Notes: generated from the sequence alone by a model not told the origin. Counted from the stretch's first letter, positions 30,378 to 41,691 are shown. The stretch is DNA of 64,000 bases from Candidatus Dadabacteria bacterium (GCA_963805855.1 CAWDVW010000005.1:384001-448000), one strand, 5' to 3'. Made by a program: numbers and translations.

Positions 30378-31169
30378 TTATTCACCGCATAGCTCACTCG
30401 CTGCCACATTTTTAAAAGCAGATAGGAACCGAGTAACATTCAGGTTACGGCAAAGAAATGATTTCTGATTCCCCGTAACTTTGTTACGAACGATACCTCT
30501 ATTATAACCCGTTACATTACAAGCTTCCCTCAACGCAGCATCTTCGTTGACTGCCAAAAACTGTGAGACATTGGAATTTCGACAGATGTAAGCCTTTTGA
30601 TTCTCAGACGCAACCGACTTGGTATCCGTTAGCCAATCGACATAAAAATCGACATACTCACGAAATATTTGATCATTAGCATCGGTGAAGAATAGTGACT
30701 CGGACATTTCATCCGCAGGCTCGGGTTTGTCAGCCAACAGGTCTTCCTCGCCTGCATCGTCGTCGGTAATAGCTTTGAGGCCCTCTTCCAACTCATCGTT
30801 TTCGACCCCCGATTTCGCTTCGAGAATAATATATTCCAGGTCTTCAATTTCTGATTGAAGAACGCCTATTTCATCCTGTAAGTCACTGACTTTTATGTTT
30901 AACTCTCTCCTGGATTTTTCAAGTCCTATCAGCTCAGATACTAGTTGGTCTATACCACTTCTCTGGACATTATTTTGGTTTTCAAATGGCTCTATCCCCT
31001 TCTTATCTGCCATCTTGGGTGCTTGCTTTAGACCGACAGCTATCCTGACATGATCTAAAGCCGCCGCCAGCGGAGGAATCAGATCGCCCCTAAATGCCCA
31101 TGCAAGACTGACAGTAAATACAAAGGCCAAAACCGCCAACGATATCAAGAAATTATTTGTAACTCTCAT
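30378..31169 (-). CDS. Secreted coiled-coil protein with two C-terminal Cys repeats
   Basis: Signal peptide (AWA), heptad region, NQKAYICRN..V..FL...C and NQKSFLCRN..V..FL...C. Confidence 0.7.
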   Translation of the reverse strand: MRVTNNFLISLAVLAFVFTVSLAWAFRGDLIPPLAAALDHVRIAVGLKQAPKMADKKGIEPFENQNNVQRSGIDQLVSELIGLEKSRRELNIKVSDLQDEIGVLQSEIEDLEYIILEAKSGVENDELEEGLKAITDDDAGEEDLLADKPEPADEMSESLFFTDANDQIFREYVDFYVDWLTDTKSVASENQKAYICRNSNVSQFLAVNEDAALREACNVTGYNRGIVRNKVTGNQKSFLCRNLNVTRFLSAFKNVAASELCGE

Positions 31170-31344
31170 TTTCTTGGATTCCCATCCATAGCCCTTAAAT
31201 ATACTATGGTGAAACTATTGTTACCCCATCAGCCCGTAGCTGTCTCCTGCGGTCAGCTGACATGTTACAAAACATATTCCAAATATCTCATAAAAGTATA
31301 ATTTATCAAAAGCGAAGATTCTACACCTAACTATAATTTCTATA

Positions 31345-31863
31345 TTAATTCAAGCTTTCCAGTATATCTTCCTGAAAATCCAGCATATCGTCACTCGGCT
31401 CGGGTGGGGAGCTATTGGCATTTTTATTTTCCGATCCTGATGATACCGCATTCTTTAGCTTTCCGGTGAAATCGAGGGTAGTTCCAGCATAAAAAACCCC
31501 TTCCAATTTGAAAACACTGCCGTCTTCCTCAATACTACATTTGCCATTCGCCCGGTAAAACCCCGCGTTCGGATCTTTAGTAAACATCTCGATTTCACAT
31601 TCTGTGCCTGATATTGGCAATCCCACCAGTCCCAACAGGCTTCCATCACTATTCTCCATCACAATGATCACTTCATCCCCATTTGAAGTAATTCCAGCGA
31701 TATTCGATTTTCCATCGGCAACAACCACCACAGTCCCCCCATTGAAATCGGAGTTTAATGGCGGAGCGGGATTGCTGACGACAATCACGGCTCCCCCACA
31801 TCCACCAACACTTGCAAACGCAATAAAAATTAATAAGCAACACCTGATAATTGAGTGCTTCAT
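31345..31863 (-). CDS. Hypothetical lipoprotein
   Basis: Signal with VGGC, beta-rich body, two further Cys. Confidence 0.65.
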   Translation of the reverse strand: MKHSIIRCCLLIFIAFASVGGCGGAVIVVSNPAPPLNSDFNGGTVVVVADGKSNIAGITSNGDEVIIVMENSDGSLLGLVGLPISGTECEIEMFTKDPNAGFYRANGKCSIEEDGSVFKLEGVFYAGTTLDFTGKLKNAVSSGSENKNANSSPPEPSDDMLDFQEDILESLN

Positions 31864-32392
31864 ATAAAAAACATAATCAAATATATTAAGAATAAATTTG
31901 ATAAATTAGGCGTAAACCTCTCAATCAATATTCTCTTTGAAATCAATATCGTAATTTTGAACAGAACGTCCGTCAGGATTGCGGCATTGGCGGCTTTGAT
32001 AGTTTCGAAAGGGCAATTACAAAGGGCATAAGAACTACCTTTGGATGAGGCCGCCTCAGGAAGCGCGAAAAAATGAAGTTTCACCTTTGTGTTCGTTACC
32101 CCATAATACAAGCAATATACCATCTTACAGGGACAAAAAAAGCATAAAAATAATTCTTTGACAAAATTAACATGTTAACCCTTGACATATATATCAAGAA
32201 TATATTAGTATCGTAAAACTATGATCGAGCGCGTATACATGGGTCCGGATGGGGTGACCCATTTATCGATTGCACGAAAATAGCCGTGGTTAACTCACCG
32301 GATACGGGTAAAAAATTTCCACAGAGTTTAGAGCAGTATCCTATTAACAACAATACTTAAAAGTAAAATATTTCATTAAAGGAGGATTTAGT

Positions 32393-33043
32393 ATGAATAA
32401 GGGAATGGTTGGATCATTATTTTTAATTTTGGTTTTTTCATTCGCAGCGTATTTGTCGACTTCAAGCATCGCTAAAGAAGCGGCCACCGAGAAAGCAGGC
32501 GAGATGAAGTCAATTGAAGGGAATGTGTACTGTGTTGAGTTGGATGACAAAGGACAAATCATTATGAAAGAGGAATGGACTGAATGCAAAGGATCTCTCG
32601 TCGAGGCAGGAGCGGACGGTAGATCGTATGTTATCCAGGGAACCGTCGAGGATGAGAAAATGATCATGAAGCAAACAGATGAAAAGAAGACGGTCAACGG
32701 AATAGTTTCAGGAAATAATCGCGGCTGGATTCTGGCGGCAACCTCCGCAGAGCATCCCGAGCCAGCGGTAACATCCGCCGAGGATATAACGGTTAAAGGT
32801 ACGATAGTTTGCCTGCTCCCAAACTACCAAGCAGGGAATTTCAAGCAGGTTGTAGCAGCTGGCCCGTGTACTGAGTTGGATCAGCATCTACATGTAATTC
32901 AAACGAGCGATGGTCAAGTTTATGCAATTCACGGGTCCGAAGAAGCAATTCACAGCATTGAATCCATGTCCAATAGAAATAACGTAGAATTAAAGGGGAA
33001 AATCCAAGGCGATCAGGGAGCCTGGGTGTTATTTGTTCAGTAG
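32393..33043 (+). CDS. Secreted protein with two tandem beta-rich domains
   Basis: AGGAGG RBS, signal peptide, duplicated G.(V/I).C...C...DG..Y.I.G...G...G....W.L pattern. Confidence 0.75.
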   Translation: MNKGMVGSLFLILVFSFAAYLSTSSIAKEAATEKAGEMKSIEGNVYCVELDDKGQIIMKEEWTECKGSLVEAGADGRSYVIQGTVEDEKMIMKQTDEKKTVNGIVSGNNRGWILAATSAEHPEPAVTSAEDITVKGTIVCLLPNYQAGNFKQVVAAGPCTELDQHLHVIQTSDGQVYAIHGSEEAIHSIESMSNRNNVELKGKIQGDQGAWVLFVQ

Positions 33044-33075
33044 AACTCCTTCTTAAAATATTGTACATCAGGATG

Positions 33076-33120
33076 GAGGGGAATCTGTCAGGGATAGATT
33101 GCCCCTCTGGTTTTATTTTT
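33076..33120 (+). terminator. Intrinsic terminator
   Basis: GAGGGGAATCT / AGATTGCCCCTC stem followed by T-rich run. Confidence 0.6.
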
Positions 33121-33580
33121 ATCTTGAACAAGAAAGCATAGTCGAAACCTTATAATCGACGTATCCGTGATTAGATTTGAACCTAGACCACGCAATCGGG
33201 AATCGCTTTTCGAAGCTGAGTATCAAAGGTCGAAATTCGAAACGGAGCACTCTTACCGTTTTCCACAGCGGCCATGCGACAGTGCCTGGCCCAAAAGGAC
33301 CGAATATGGCGATATCAGTGGAGGAATGAAAGGTTTCCTTGATTGGGAAAGGGGAGAGAACTTTGCAAACCCCACTCTATTAATATCGGTTTGAAAGCCA
33401 GCACAACTCGTAACTTTAAACAAATTACAAACATCTTGACATCGTACCAATTAAGAAGTTTTGATGAAAAATAATTGACTCAGATACATAACTTGCTTTA
33501 AATTGTAATATAAAGATATAATCTTCGGTACTTCATCGAATCACAATAACTTTACGCCATTATGAAATTGGAATCATGGT

Positions 33581-34348
33581 ATGAATCAAACCGACCACCT
33601 AAAATTGATTCTTGGGATTGATATCGGAGGAACCCATATAAAGGCATCGCTCGCTGACATTGATTCTGGAAGACTGACCGGAAAGCATCTATTTGTAACA
33701 ACTCCACAGCCGTCGACACCAGATGCTATGTTCTCGATAATTAATAATATGATTTCTGATCTAAATTGGAGAGGCCAAATCGGGAGTGGATTTCCAGGTG
33801 TCATAAAAAAGGGTACGGTATTTACTGCCGCAAATCTGTCTAAAGAATGGATCGGAGTGAACCTAGAGAACGAAATTCATAAATTTACCGAGGGTAATGT
33901 CACCGTAATAAATGACGCCGATGCCGCTGGCCTCGCGGAAATGAAGTTTGGAGCCGGGGTTGAATATAATAGGCAAGATGGTGGTATCGTACTAATGGTA
34001 ACATTGGGTACCGGCATTGGTACTGCCTTGTTTGCGAATGGAGCCCTAGTTCGAAATACGGAATTCGGTCACATTGAAATTGATGGCGTTGATGCCGAAA
34101 CACGCGCGGCGACAGTGCATAGAGAAAGGGAGGGTCTCAGCTGGCAGGATTGGGGAGCTCGCGTGAATAAGTATCTTCAAACTATGGAGAAGCTACTATC
34201 CCCAGATGTGTTTATAATAGGCGGCGGAGTTAGCGAAAGCAGCGAGAAATTCTTTCCATTTATAGAAGTTAAAGCAAAGATGATCCCCGCACAAATGGGT
34301 AATGATGCGGGAATCGTGGGAGCGGCGATCGCGACAAATATCCAGTAA
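33581..34348 (+). CDS. ppgK: Polyphosphate glucokinase (ROK family)
   Basis: GIDIGGTHIK, TPQPSTP, NDADAAGLAE, TLGTGIG, NTEFGH, FIIGGGVS. Confidence 0.85.
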   Translation: MNQTDHLKLILGIDIGGTHIKASLADIDSGRLTGKHLFVTTPQPSTPDAMFSIINNMISDLNWRGQIGSGFPGVIKKGTVFTAANLSKEWIGVNLENEIHKFTEGNVTVINDADAAGLAEMKFGAGVEYNRQDGGIVLMVTLGTGIGTALFANGALVRNTEFGHIEIDGVDAETRAATVHREREGLSWQDWGARVNKYLQTMEKLLSPDVFIIGGGVSESSEKFFPFIEVKAKMIPAQMGNDAGIVGAAIATNIQ

Positions 34349-34387
34349 ATTAAGAAATAGAGGATAGAAAAGATAAGGAGATCAGCA

Positions 34388-36442
34388 ATGCCCCGAAAAC
34401 AAAGCCTGGAACAACTTATTATCAACACAATAAGAACACTATCAATGGACGCTGTTCAAAAAGCAAATTCAGGCCACCCCGGGACGCCGATGGCAATGGC
34501 CCCAGTGGCGTATACGGTCTGGGATAAATTCATCCATCATAATCCCAGGAACCCAGACTGGCCCAATCGAGACCGTTTCGTGCTCTCCGCTGGACATGCT
34601 TGCATGCTATTATATAGTATCTTCCATATATCCGGATATGACGTCTCACTAAACGACATCAAGACTTTTCGTCAACTAGGAAGTAAATGCGCCGGGCATC
34701 CTGAATACGGACTGATACGCGGAATTGAAACAACAACCGGACCGCTCGGTCAGGGCGTAGCCACCAGTGTGGGAATGGCTATAGCTGAAAAATGGCTTGG
34801 CACCTATTTTAACCGTCCAGGACATGAAATCATAAACTATAATATTTTCGCCCTTGCCGGAGATGGATGTATGATGGAGGGAATTTCTAGTGAGGCCGCT
34901 TCTCTTGCCGGGCACCTGGGTCTCAACAACCTGATTTGGATTTACGATAATAACCATATAACCATCGAGGGGCATACGGCATTGGCGTTTACGGAGGACG
35001 TGGCCGCCAGATTCATGGGTTATAACTGGCATGTTCAAAGAGTCGGCGATGCCAATAATCTTGAACTGCTTGAGGAATCGTTTCAGAGAGCGGTTGACGA
35101 AGCAGACCGACCGTCCTTAATCATTGTAGACAGCCATATTGGTTATGGTAGCCCGAACAAACAGGATACATCCGCGGCTCATGGTGAGCCGCTGGGCGAA
35201 GAAGAAATACGTAAGACGAAAATCAATTATGGTTGGGATCCCAATAAGAAGTTTTACGTTCCTGAAGAAGTAAAGGCTTATCGTACTACAGTCATCGAGA
35301 AAGGTGAAAGGGTTGAGGAAGAGTGGAAACTGAAGTTTTCGAGGTATGAATTTGAATACCCTGACCTGGCAGAGCAATTCAAACTGATCCAAAGTCGTGA
35401 GATGCCACCCGGTTGGGACTCATGCCTTCCAAAATTTTCCCCTGACCCTAAAGGTCCAGCTACCCGGGTATCAAATGGCAAAATTTTAAACACAATCGCG
35501 ACGAATATACCATGGTTCATGGGTGGAGCCGCCGACGTGGGACCATCAACAAAGACTTACATAGATAATGCGAGTAGTTTCGAAAGGAATGTCTACAGTG
35601 GAAGGAACTTTCATTTTGGAGTTCGGGAGAACGCGATGGCCGCAGTAGCAAATGGCATGGTTCTCAGTAAACTTCGAACCTATGTCGCTTGCTACTTTGT
35701 TTTCTCAGACTACATGCGAGCCCCACTCAGACTCTCCTGCTTGATGCAACAGCCGGTCATTTTTGTCTTTACACATGATAGCATAGCGTTAGGTGAAGAC
35801 GGTCCAACTCATCAGCCAATTGAACACTTGGCTTCCCTAAGGGCTATTCCAAATATGGAAGTAATCAGGCCAGCTGATGCAAATGAACTAAGTGCCCTCT
35901 GGAAGTATATAATGGCGGTAAAAAATCATCCAGTTGCTTTAATACTAACGCGGCAGGGTGTGCCGACATTTGACCGATCTAAGTACGCCCCGGCGGAAGG
36001 TGCCTTACGCGGTGCTTATATTATTGCACACACTAGAGGAAAACCCGACATAATAATGATAAGCACTGGGTCAGAGGTTCAGTTATGTCTTGAAGCCCAT
36101 CAGAGATTAAAAAGTCAGGGAATCAAATCGCGAGTTGTCAGCATGCCTTCTATGAATCTATTCGAGACACAAGACGCTGAATACAGGGAGGAGGTTTTGC
36201 CTAGTTCAATACGAGCTCGTCTGGCAGTTGAAGCGGGATCCACATTCGGCTGGGGTAGGTATACAGGGATCAGGAACCTTGACGGTGGTGTAATAGGTAT
36301 GAGGGATTTCGGCGACTCTGCCCCTGTACATGATTTGTTGAAAGAATTTGGACTGACGTCAGATCACGTTGTTGCTGAAGCCAAGAGGATATTAAATAAA
36401 CATAGGAAGAAAGCCCATAGGCAGATTAAAAAACGAGCATGA
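34388..36442 (+). CDS. tkt: Transketolase
   Basis: SGHPGTPM, RDRFVLSAGH, TTGPLGQG, GDGCMMEG, GEDGPTHQP. Confidence 0.97.
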   Translation: MPRKQSLEQLIINTIRTLSMDAVQKANSGHPGTPMAMAPVAYTVWDKFIHHNPRNPDWPNRDRFVLSAGHACMLLYSIFHISGYDVSLNDIKTFRQLGSKCAGHPEYGLIRGIETTTGPLGQGVATSVGMAIAEKWLGTYFNRPGHEIINYNIFALAGDGCMMEGISSEAASLAGHLGLNNLIWIYDNNHITIEGHTALAFTEDVAARFMGYNWHVQRVGDANNLELLEESFQRAVDEADRPSLIIVDSHIGYGSPNKQDTSAAHGEPLGEEEIRKTKINYGWDPNKKFYVPEEVKAYRTTVIEKGERVEEEWKLKFSRYEFEYPDLAEQFKLIQSREMPPGWDSCLPKFSPDPKGPATRVSNGKILNTIATNIPWFMGGAADVGPSTKTYIDNASSFERNVYSGRNFHFGVRENAMAAVANGMVLSKLRTYVACYFVFSDYMRAPLRLSCLMQQPVIFVFTHDSIALGEDGPTHQPIEHLASLRAIPNMEVIRPADANELSALWKYIMAVKNHPVALILTRQGVPTFDRSKYAPAEGALRGAYIIAHTRGKPDIIMISTGSEVQLCLEAHQRLKSQGIKSRVVSMPSMNLFETQDAEYREEVLPSSIRARLAVEAGSTFGWGRYTGIRNLDGGVIGMRDFGDSAPVHDLLKEFGLTSDHVVAEAKRILNKHRKKAHRQIKKRA

Positions 36443-36510
36443 ACTATCGCTGAACCACGACTGGTTAGACCGACCCGCAGGCAGGTAAATTATCAGGAAA
36501 GGAGAACACA

Positions 36511-39339
36511 ATGTCGAAAATAAAGGAGTTAACCGACTTAGGTCAATCCATATGGTACGACTACATCCGTCGCTCGTTCATCACCTCGGGAGAGCTAAAA
36601 GCATTAATCGATGAGGGCCTCCTAGGAGAAACCTCAAATCCCTCGATTCTGGAAAAAGCAATCGCAGGCAGTTCCGACTATGACGGCGATATAAAAAGGC
36701 TTGTAAAAGAAAACAGGTCTGTCGAAGAGATTTATGAAGCGCTCGCGCTGGAAGATATTACGCTGGCTGCTGATCTATTTAGACCATCGTATGATTCTAC
36801 AAATGGCGCGGATGGGTTTATAAGCCTGGAAGTCAGTCCGACATTGGCCCATGATACTCAAAGCACGATCGCCGAGGCAAAAAGGTATCACAGATTGATA
36901 AATCGTCCAAATTTACTGATAAAGGTTCCGGCCACTCCGGAGGGTATACCAGCGATAACAGAATTAATAGGCTCGGGGATTAGCGTGAACGTTACCCTAA
37001 TGTTCAGTCTCGACCACTATAAGGCGGTTTCGGAGGCTTATATTAAAGGGCTAGAAAAATTAGCTTCGGACGGACCATCAGTTCCAGGCGGTCATAAGGT
37101 TGATAAGGTCGCGTCGGTGGCGTCATTTTTTGTAAGTCGCGTGGACACAGCCGTTGATCACGAATTGGAAAAGATCGGAAATACCCAGCTACAAGGTAAA
37201 ATAGCGATTGCTAATTCGAAAGCGACATACTTAGAATTTCAAAACACCTTCAGGGGTCCTCGATGGGAGAATCTAGCGTCAAAAGGAGCCAGAGTCCAAA
37301 GGGTATTGTGGGCGAGTACCAGCACCAAAAATCCTCTTTATCCCGATACCATGTATGTAGACGAGCTGATCGGGCCAAACACAGTTAATACAGTTCCACC
37401 TGTAACATACAAAAGCTTTCGAGACCATGGAACACCAAAAGTCACGATTACAGAGGGCGTCGATCACGCGATGTCCCAACTCTCCGAATTAAATAAGCTA
37501 GGTATAGATCTTAGCGCGGTAACGGCAAAATTGCAGGATGACGGCGTAGTAGCCTTTGCTAAATCATTTGAAACTCTCATGGCCAGCATCGAGGAGAAGA
37601 AAGATAGGCTGATTGCAAAGAAAAAAGGGTTTTCCGCAAGTCTAGGAAAACACCGGAAGGTCGTTACTGACGAGCTTAAAAGGATGGAGGACAATCATAT
37701 CAGCCAGCGAATCTGGAATTTTGACTTCTTCGTTTGGAAGGATGATCCCACCGAGATCAGTAATAGACTAGGTTGGCTGCACATTCCCGAGGTTATGATG
37801 GACGCCATACCTGGGATAAATTTCGTCGTGGATTCGGCCAGAGCGGATGGATACCGGTATGCCGTACTCCTTGGAATGGGCGGGTCAAGCTTGGCTCCGT
37901 ATGTTTTTCGGGAAACCTTTGGTGCAAAGAAAGACTATCTGGATCTATCAGTCCTCGACAGCACCGATCCTGGCGCCGTACTCGACAACAGAAACAGGGT
38001 TGAGCTCGATAAGACCCTCTTCATCGTCTCCACAAAGTCCGGAAGTACCAACGAAACCCTCTCATTCATGAGATATTTCTATAATGAGGTGTTGGACGTT
38101 GTTGGAGCAGAAAATGCCGGAAAACACTTCATAGCCATTACTGATCCCGGAAGTCCATTGGCGAAGACAGCAACTGAACTGAAATTTCGAAAGACATTTC
38201 TCAACGACCCCAATATTGGCGGCCGTTACTCTGTTCTATCTTATTTTGGCTTGGTCCCTGCAGCCTTAATCGGTATCGATTTAAATCTTCTGTTGGAAAG
38301 GTCAATCGCCATGCTCCACAACAATGAGAGCTGTAATTCACCGATCGCGGGAAATAATTCGGGTGCATGGTTAGGGACGAGCATGGGAATTCTTGCCAAC
38401 CTGGGTCGAGATAAAACGACACTGGTTGCTTCTCCACCCATTTCGCACATTGGAACATGGGTAGAGCAGCTGATTGCGGAGAGCACTGGTAAAGAGGGAA
38501 AGGGAATTTTACCGGTGGACGGGGAGGAATTACTACCCCCTGAATTTTACGGAAATGATCGCTTATTTGTCTACATGAGATTGGAAGATGATGCTACTTA
38601 CGATGATAAGGTGAAAGCACTTGAAGATGCGGGACAGCCAGTCGTCCAATTAAATCTCAGAGATCTTTACGACCTAGGGGGAGAATTTTTCAGGTGGGAA
38701 ATGGCGATTGCCGTCGCCGGCATGCACCTTGGAATTAATCCGTTTAATCAACCAAATGTTGAGGCGGCAAAGGTTCTTGCCAGAAATATGGTCGCGGCCT
38801 ATCAAAAGGAAGGACGACTGCCGGAGATTGATGCGTCCTTAGTAGCAAATGGCTTGAAAGTGTATTCAGATTTTTCAACCGACAGTATAGAAGACGCTCT
38901 TCATAAATTTTTAGCGCTTGGAAATCCTGGTCAGAACGAGGGTAAAGGAAGGAGTTATGTTACGCTACAGGCTTATATAAAACCTTCGCCTGAACACGAT
39001 AAAGCGCTTCATACTTTACGTACCACAATTCAGAAAAAATACCGACTCGCAACAACTCAAGGCTACGGCCCTCGATTTTTGCATTCCACCGGTCAACTCC
39101 ACAAGGGAGATGCCGGCCATGGATTATTTATTCAGTTCTTGTCAGAAATGCCGCAAGACATTCCCGTACCTGATAAGCCTGGCGAGCCTGCCTCTTCAAT
39201 AACCTTTGGTATAATAAAGAACGCCGCTGCCCTTGGCGACCGTCAGGCGCTCAAGGACGTTGGCAGAAAGGTTATAACGTTTGATTTGGGTAGAGACATC
39301 GTCGGTGGTTTAACAAAGCTAAATGACAGCATAAAGTGA
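36511..39339 (+). CDS. Bifunctional transaldolase / phosphoglucose isomerase
   Basis: TAL motifs (SNPSI, IKVPAT, NVTLMF, ASFFVSRVD, WASTSTKNP) fused to PGI motifs (GMGGSSL, STKSGST, GGRYS, AESTGK, NQPNVEAAK). Confidence 0.92.
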   Translation: MSKIKELTDLGQSIWYDYIRRSFITSGELKALIDEGLLGETSNPSILEKAIAGSSDYDGDIKRLVKENRSVEEIYEALALEDITLAADLFRPSYDSTNGADGFISLEVSPTLAHDTQSTIAEAKRYHRLINRPNLLIKVPATPEGIPAITELIGSGISVNVTLMFSLDHYKAVSEAYIKGLEKLASDGPSVPGGHKVDKVASVASFFVSRVDTAVDHELEKIGNTQLQGKIAIANSKATYLEFQNTFRGPRWENLASKGARVQRVLWASTSTKNPLYPDTMYVDELIGPNTVNTVPPVTYKSFRDHGTPKVTITEGVDHAMSQLSELNKLGIDLSAVTAKLQDDGVVAFAKSFETLMASIEEKKDRLIAKKKGFSASLGKHRKVVTDELKRMEDNHISQRIWNFDFFVWKDDPTEISNRLGWLHIPEVMMDAIPGINFVVDSARADGYRYAVLLGMGGSSLAPYVFRETFGAKKDYLDLSVLDSTDPGAVLDNRNRVELDKTLFIVSTKSGSTNETLSFMRYFYNEVLDVVGAENAGKHFIAITDPGSPLAKTATELKFRKTFLNDPNIGGRYSVLSYFGLVPAALIGIDLNLLLERSIAMLHNNESCNSPIAGNNSGAWLGTSMGILANLGRDKTTLVASPPISHIGTWVEQLIAESTGKEGKGILPVDGEELLPPEFYGNDRLFVYMRLEDDATYDDKVKALEDAGQPVVQLNLRDLYDLGGEFFRWEMAIAVAGMHLGINPFNQPNVEAAKVLARNMVAAYQKEGRLPEIDASLVANGLKVYSDFSTDSIEDALHKFLALGNPGQNEGKGRSYVTLQAYIKPSPEHDKALHTLRTTIQKKYRLATTQGYGPRFLHSTGQLHKGDAGHGLFIQFLSEMPQDIPVPDKPGEPASSITFGIIKNAAALGDRQALKDVGRKVITFDLGRDIVGGLTKLNDSIK

Positions 39340-40091
39340 TTAAAGTTTTCATATTCGATCTCGATGGTACATTGGTGCAGACCGAAACTCTAAAGGCCAG
39401 GTCATACGCTAAAGCTGCGGTGGAACTGAAACCCACACTTAAAGAAGAGCAAATTATAGAGGCATTCAAAGATGTTGTGGGGCTTTCCCGAAAAGAGGTT
39501 TCCGAAGCCATAATGGAACGCTTTGGTTTACGAGAGATGGCTAGCGCCAAGATGACGGAATTTAACGTGCACAAACCTTGGCAGGCATTTGCGCAGATTA
39601 GAATGGGTATCTACGACTCTTTGATTTCAAACCCTGAGATTTTAAGCCAACACCTGTGCCCATATAATGTTGGTCTCTTAAAATGGGCAAGACAAAATGG
39701 ATACCCAACCGGCCTAGGCACGCAGTCTCATCGACCACAGACTCTACGCATCCTGGAAATCCTGAACATTCGGGACGAGTTCGACTTCATTGCTACCCGT
39801 GAAGATGTTGAAAATCCGAAGCCCGATCCGGAGATTTATCTACTGTTGGCGAATGAGTTACAGATCTCTCCTCCGGAAAGTCTTGTTATTGAAGACTCCG
39901 CCACTGGAGTTCAAGCCGCTCTTAGCGCGGGAATGAGGTGCATCGCAGTTACAACTGAGTTTACGAAAGAAGGTGTGCATAAGATGAACAACTTTGATGA
40001 GCGCTGGATTGTGGACTCCCCGCCAGAATTACTGGAAGTAGCAAAACGTTTTATTGCTGAAAACGCTGGGGGAGGGGAGAGGATCAGTTGA
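39336..40091 (+). CDS. HAD-family phosphatase (beta-PGM-like)
   Basis: FDLDGTL, KPDPEIY, IEDS. Confidence 0.9.
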   Translation: MIKVFIFDLDGTLVQTETLKARSYAKAAVELKPTLKEEQIIEAFKDVVGLSRKEVSEAIMERFGLREMASAKMTEFNVHKPWQAFAQIRMGIYDSLISNPEILSQHLCPYNVGLLKWARQNGYPTGLGTQSHRPQTLRILEILNIRDEFDFIATREDVENPKPDPEIYLLLANELQISPPESLVIEDSATGVQAALSAGMRCIAVTTEFTKEGVHKMNNFDERWIVDSPPELLEVAKRFIAENAGGGERIS

Positions 40092-40810
40092 GCGAAAACG
40101 CGAAGTCCGAACAACTAAAACTGCAGGATCGCCTTAAAAAGGAAGCGGGGCGGGCTGCCGTGGATTTTATCGAATCGAGTATGGTTTTGGGTCTTGGGAC
40201 AGGTTCTACAACCAGGTATGCATTAGAGGAGATTGGAAGAAGGATAAAGTCGGGAAAGTTAAAAGACATCGTTGGAATACCAAGTTCAATACAAACGGAG
40301 AAGATCGCGGGAGAATTAGGAATCAGCCTAACTACCTTCGATGAGTTCCAAGAATTAGATCTTACGATCGATGGGGCCGATGAGGTGGATCCTGAACTCA
40401 ACTTGATCAAGGGAGGAGGAGGTGCTTTGCTCAGGGAAAAGATTTTGGCTCAGGCAAGCAGACGCAATATTATGATTGTGGACGAGAGCAAGCTCTCCCC
40501 GCGGTTGGGAACCCACTGGCCCGTGCCAATTGAGGTGATCCCTTTTGCCTGGAAACTGGTAGAGAAGTTCCTCTTGTCATTAGGTGGAAAGGCTAGACTA
40601 CGAATGAAAGATGATGGCAATCCATATACTACGGATCAGAGCAACTTTATACTCGACACTAAATTTGGACCAATTGCTGATCTTGAGCGCCTCGCATCAA
40701 ATCTAAGCAAAAAGGCAGGTATAGTGGAATTTGGATTATTTCTGGGAACCGCATCCGAGGTAATCGTTGCTGGCGAGAACGGAATTCGCTTTTTAAGACG
40801 TAATGATTAA
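40088..40810 (+). CDS. rpiA: Ribose-5-phosphate isomerase A
   Basis: GLGTGST, DGADEVD, IKGGGGALLREK. Confidence 0.97.
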   Translation: MSENAKSEQLKLQDRLKKEAGRAAVDFIESSMVLGLGTGSTTRYALEEIGRRIKSGKLKDIVGIPSSIQTEKIAGELGISLTTFDEFQELDLTIDGADEVDPELNLIKGGGGALLREKILAQASRRNIMIVDESKLSPRLGTHWPVPIEVIPFAWKLVEKFLLSLGGKARLRMKDDGNPYTTDQSNFILDTKFGPIADLERLASNLSKKAGIVEFGLFLGTASEVIVAGENGIRFLRRND

Positions 40811-40839
40811 TAATTTGTTAATGACCATTTCAGACCTTT

Positions 40840-41517
40840 ATGCAGAATCTCAAAGTTGAAATAGAACCATCAATACTATCAGCAGATTTTTCCAGGATTG
40901 GGCAGGCTGCAAAAGAGGCGGAAGAAGCGGGCGTCTCGGCAATTCAGATCGACGTTATGGACGGGAGGTTCGTACCTAATATAAATTTTGGACCAGGCGT
41001 TGTATCAGCCTTAAGACCGCTGGTTAAACTAAAGCTTGACGTACATTTAATGATTATGGAACCCGAACGATACATAGAGACATTTGCCGAAGCTGGTGCA
41101 GATCGTATAATCGTTCATCAGGAGGCGTGTATTCATCTCCACAGGGCGCTTGAATCTATACGAGAGCTAGGAATTGAGGCAGGGGTTACTCTAAATCCCG
41201 GCACACCCGCGTCTACTATAGGAGAAGTCCTTGAATTAGCTGATCTCGTCCAGGTAATGGGTGTGAATCCAGGTTTTGGCGGTCAAAAGTTTATCCATAA
41301 TCAGTTGGACAAGATAAAGCGTATCCGAGGGATGCTCGACGAATTGAACATTGACACCCCGATAGCCTTAGACGGAGGAATCGATACGCAAACAGCTCCC
41401 CTAGTCGTCGGAGCAGGAGCAACGGTCTTAGTTGCCGGTTCAAGCGTTTATAACTCCAGAGACTCTGTCGTTAATAATATAAATGCACTGCTGAAAAGCG
41501 TGCAATGTCATATGTGA
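40840..41517 (+). CDS. rpe: Ribulose-phosphate 3-epimerase
   Basis: PSILSADF, DVMDGRFVPN, DVHLM, NPGFGGQ, DGGI. Confidence 0.95.
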   Translation: MQNLKVEIEPSILSADFSRIGQAAKEAEEAGVSAIQIDVMDGRFVPNINFGPGVVSALRPLVKLKLDVHLMIMEPERYIETFAEAGADRIIVHQEACIHLHRALESIRELGIEAGVTLNPGTPASTIGEVLELADLVQVMGVNPGFGGQKFIHNQLDKIKRIRGMLDELNIDTPIALDGGIDTQTAPLVVGAGATVLVAGSSVYNSRDSVVNNINALLKSVQCHM

Positions 41518-41691
41518 ACTGATATTCATATTCGGTATCGTAAATACCGGATTTTATAAAGACATGATCTCAGGGAGGCAATAATCAAAATCTGGACTAT
41601 CGGTCTAGGGTGATATTATTATCGACGGCGTAAGCCAAATGACGCTGGGAATAATGTTTAATCTACTATAAGAAAAGCGAGGTGTTAAAAT

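Noticed and set aside
33167-33450. Short overlapping ORFs, possible PIN-toxin remnant on the minus strand
   Set aside because: Only a vague ISTFD-like similarity; no start, RBS or full motif set.
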